Assembly: GCA_030390025.1 (NCBI GenBank)
Contig: CM059438.1
Span: 68,264,001 to 68,328,000, forward strand
DNA: 64,000 bases
Reading direction: 5' to 3'
From: Squalus acanthias
Lineage: Eukaryota
The position numbers and the translations under genes are program-made. The notes beneath the pieces were generated by a model, which was given only the letters and a program-made list of their open reading frames with translations, did not search any database and was not told the origin of the DNA. How positions within the stretch are numbered: position 1 is the stretch's first letter; each line of letters starts with the position of its first letter. This document shows positions 63,542 to 64,000 of the stretch, piece after piece.

Positions 63542-64000
63542 GGCCCGTATTTTCCGATCGCAGGCCTCCCACGGGCAGAGGCCAGCGATCTGGAAAAATC
63601 TACACCCTTATCTGAGGGCTCCCGGGACGCACACGCTTCCGCTCCTGGGCCTCTCCAAACTCCAAGTGCGCAGGGCCCACGTATCCCAGAGGCGCAGGTA
63701 GTTTGCAGCGTCCCTGGGATCATGTGGGCCATGGGGAGCCAATCAAAGAAGGGAATCTCCCTTCATACACTTGACAGGAAGACCTGTCAAATATATGAAT
63801 GGACATCACCCCAAAAACGTAGTAAAACTTTAAATATTTTTTTTTTAAATCACATTTTTAAAATGACTTGAAATTACAATAAATTAAATATTTTAAATAA
63901 AATTACATTTTTTGAAAAAAATAATTAAAGTTTTTTATGGGGCTAAAAATAAACTTACCTTTTTTAAAGTATTTTTAAATGATAAATCGGAATATCTGGG
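63542..64000. mobile_element. Family C MITE variant, shorter copy running to the window end
   Basis: Aligns with 33435-33890, then jumps to the right TIR atcggaatatctggg. Confidence 0.82.

Overview
Vertebrate genomic DNA, almost certainly from a cartilaginous fish (shark or ray), judged from HER1-like CR1 LINEs, an HE1-like V-SINE and Deu-domain SINEs. I recognise no host protein-coding exon; the window looks intronic or intergenic and is dominated by nested transposable elements. It holds two full-length but decayed PIF/Harbinger transposons (13543-17727 and 40647-50703). Each carries a convergent pair: a three-exon Myb/SANT-like gene and a HARBI1-type DDE transposase. There are at least a dozen non-autonomous Harbinger-type derivatives or MITEs, most with 3-bp target-site duplications (TSDs). 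Also present are a full-length CR1 (esterase ORF1 plus APE-RT ORF2) nested in one Harbinger and itself carrying two MITEs, many truncated CR1/L2/RTE LINEs and SINEs, Penelope remnants with minimal hammerhead-ribozyme motifs, a probable ERV LTR, and a minisatellite grown from L2 coding sequence. The strongest leads are: (i) a MITE family with covarying internal hairpins and strand-polarised splice donors, (ii) the shared intron architecture of the two Harbinger Myb genes, and (iii) the Penelope hammerheads, one hit by a DNA transposon at its putative cleavage triplet. Family names come from recalled motifs, not database searches.
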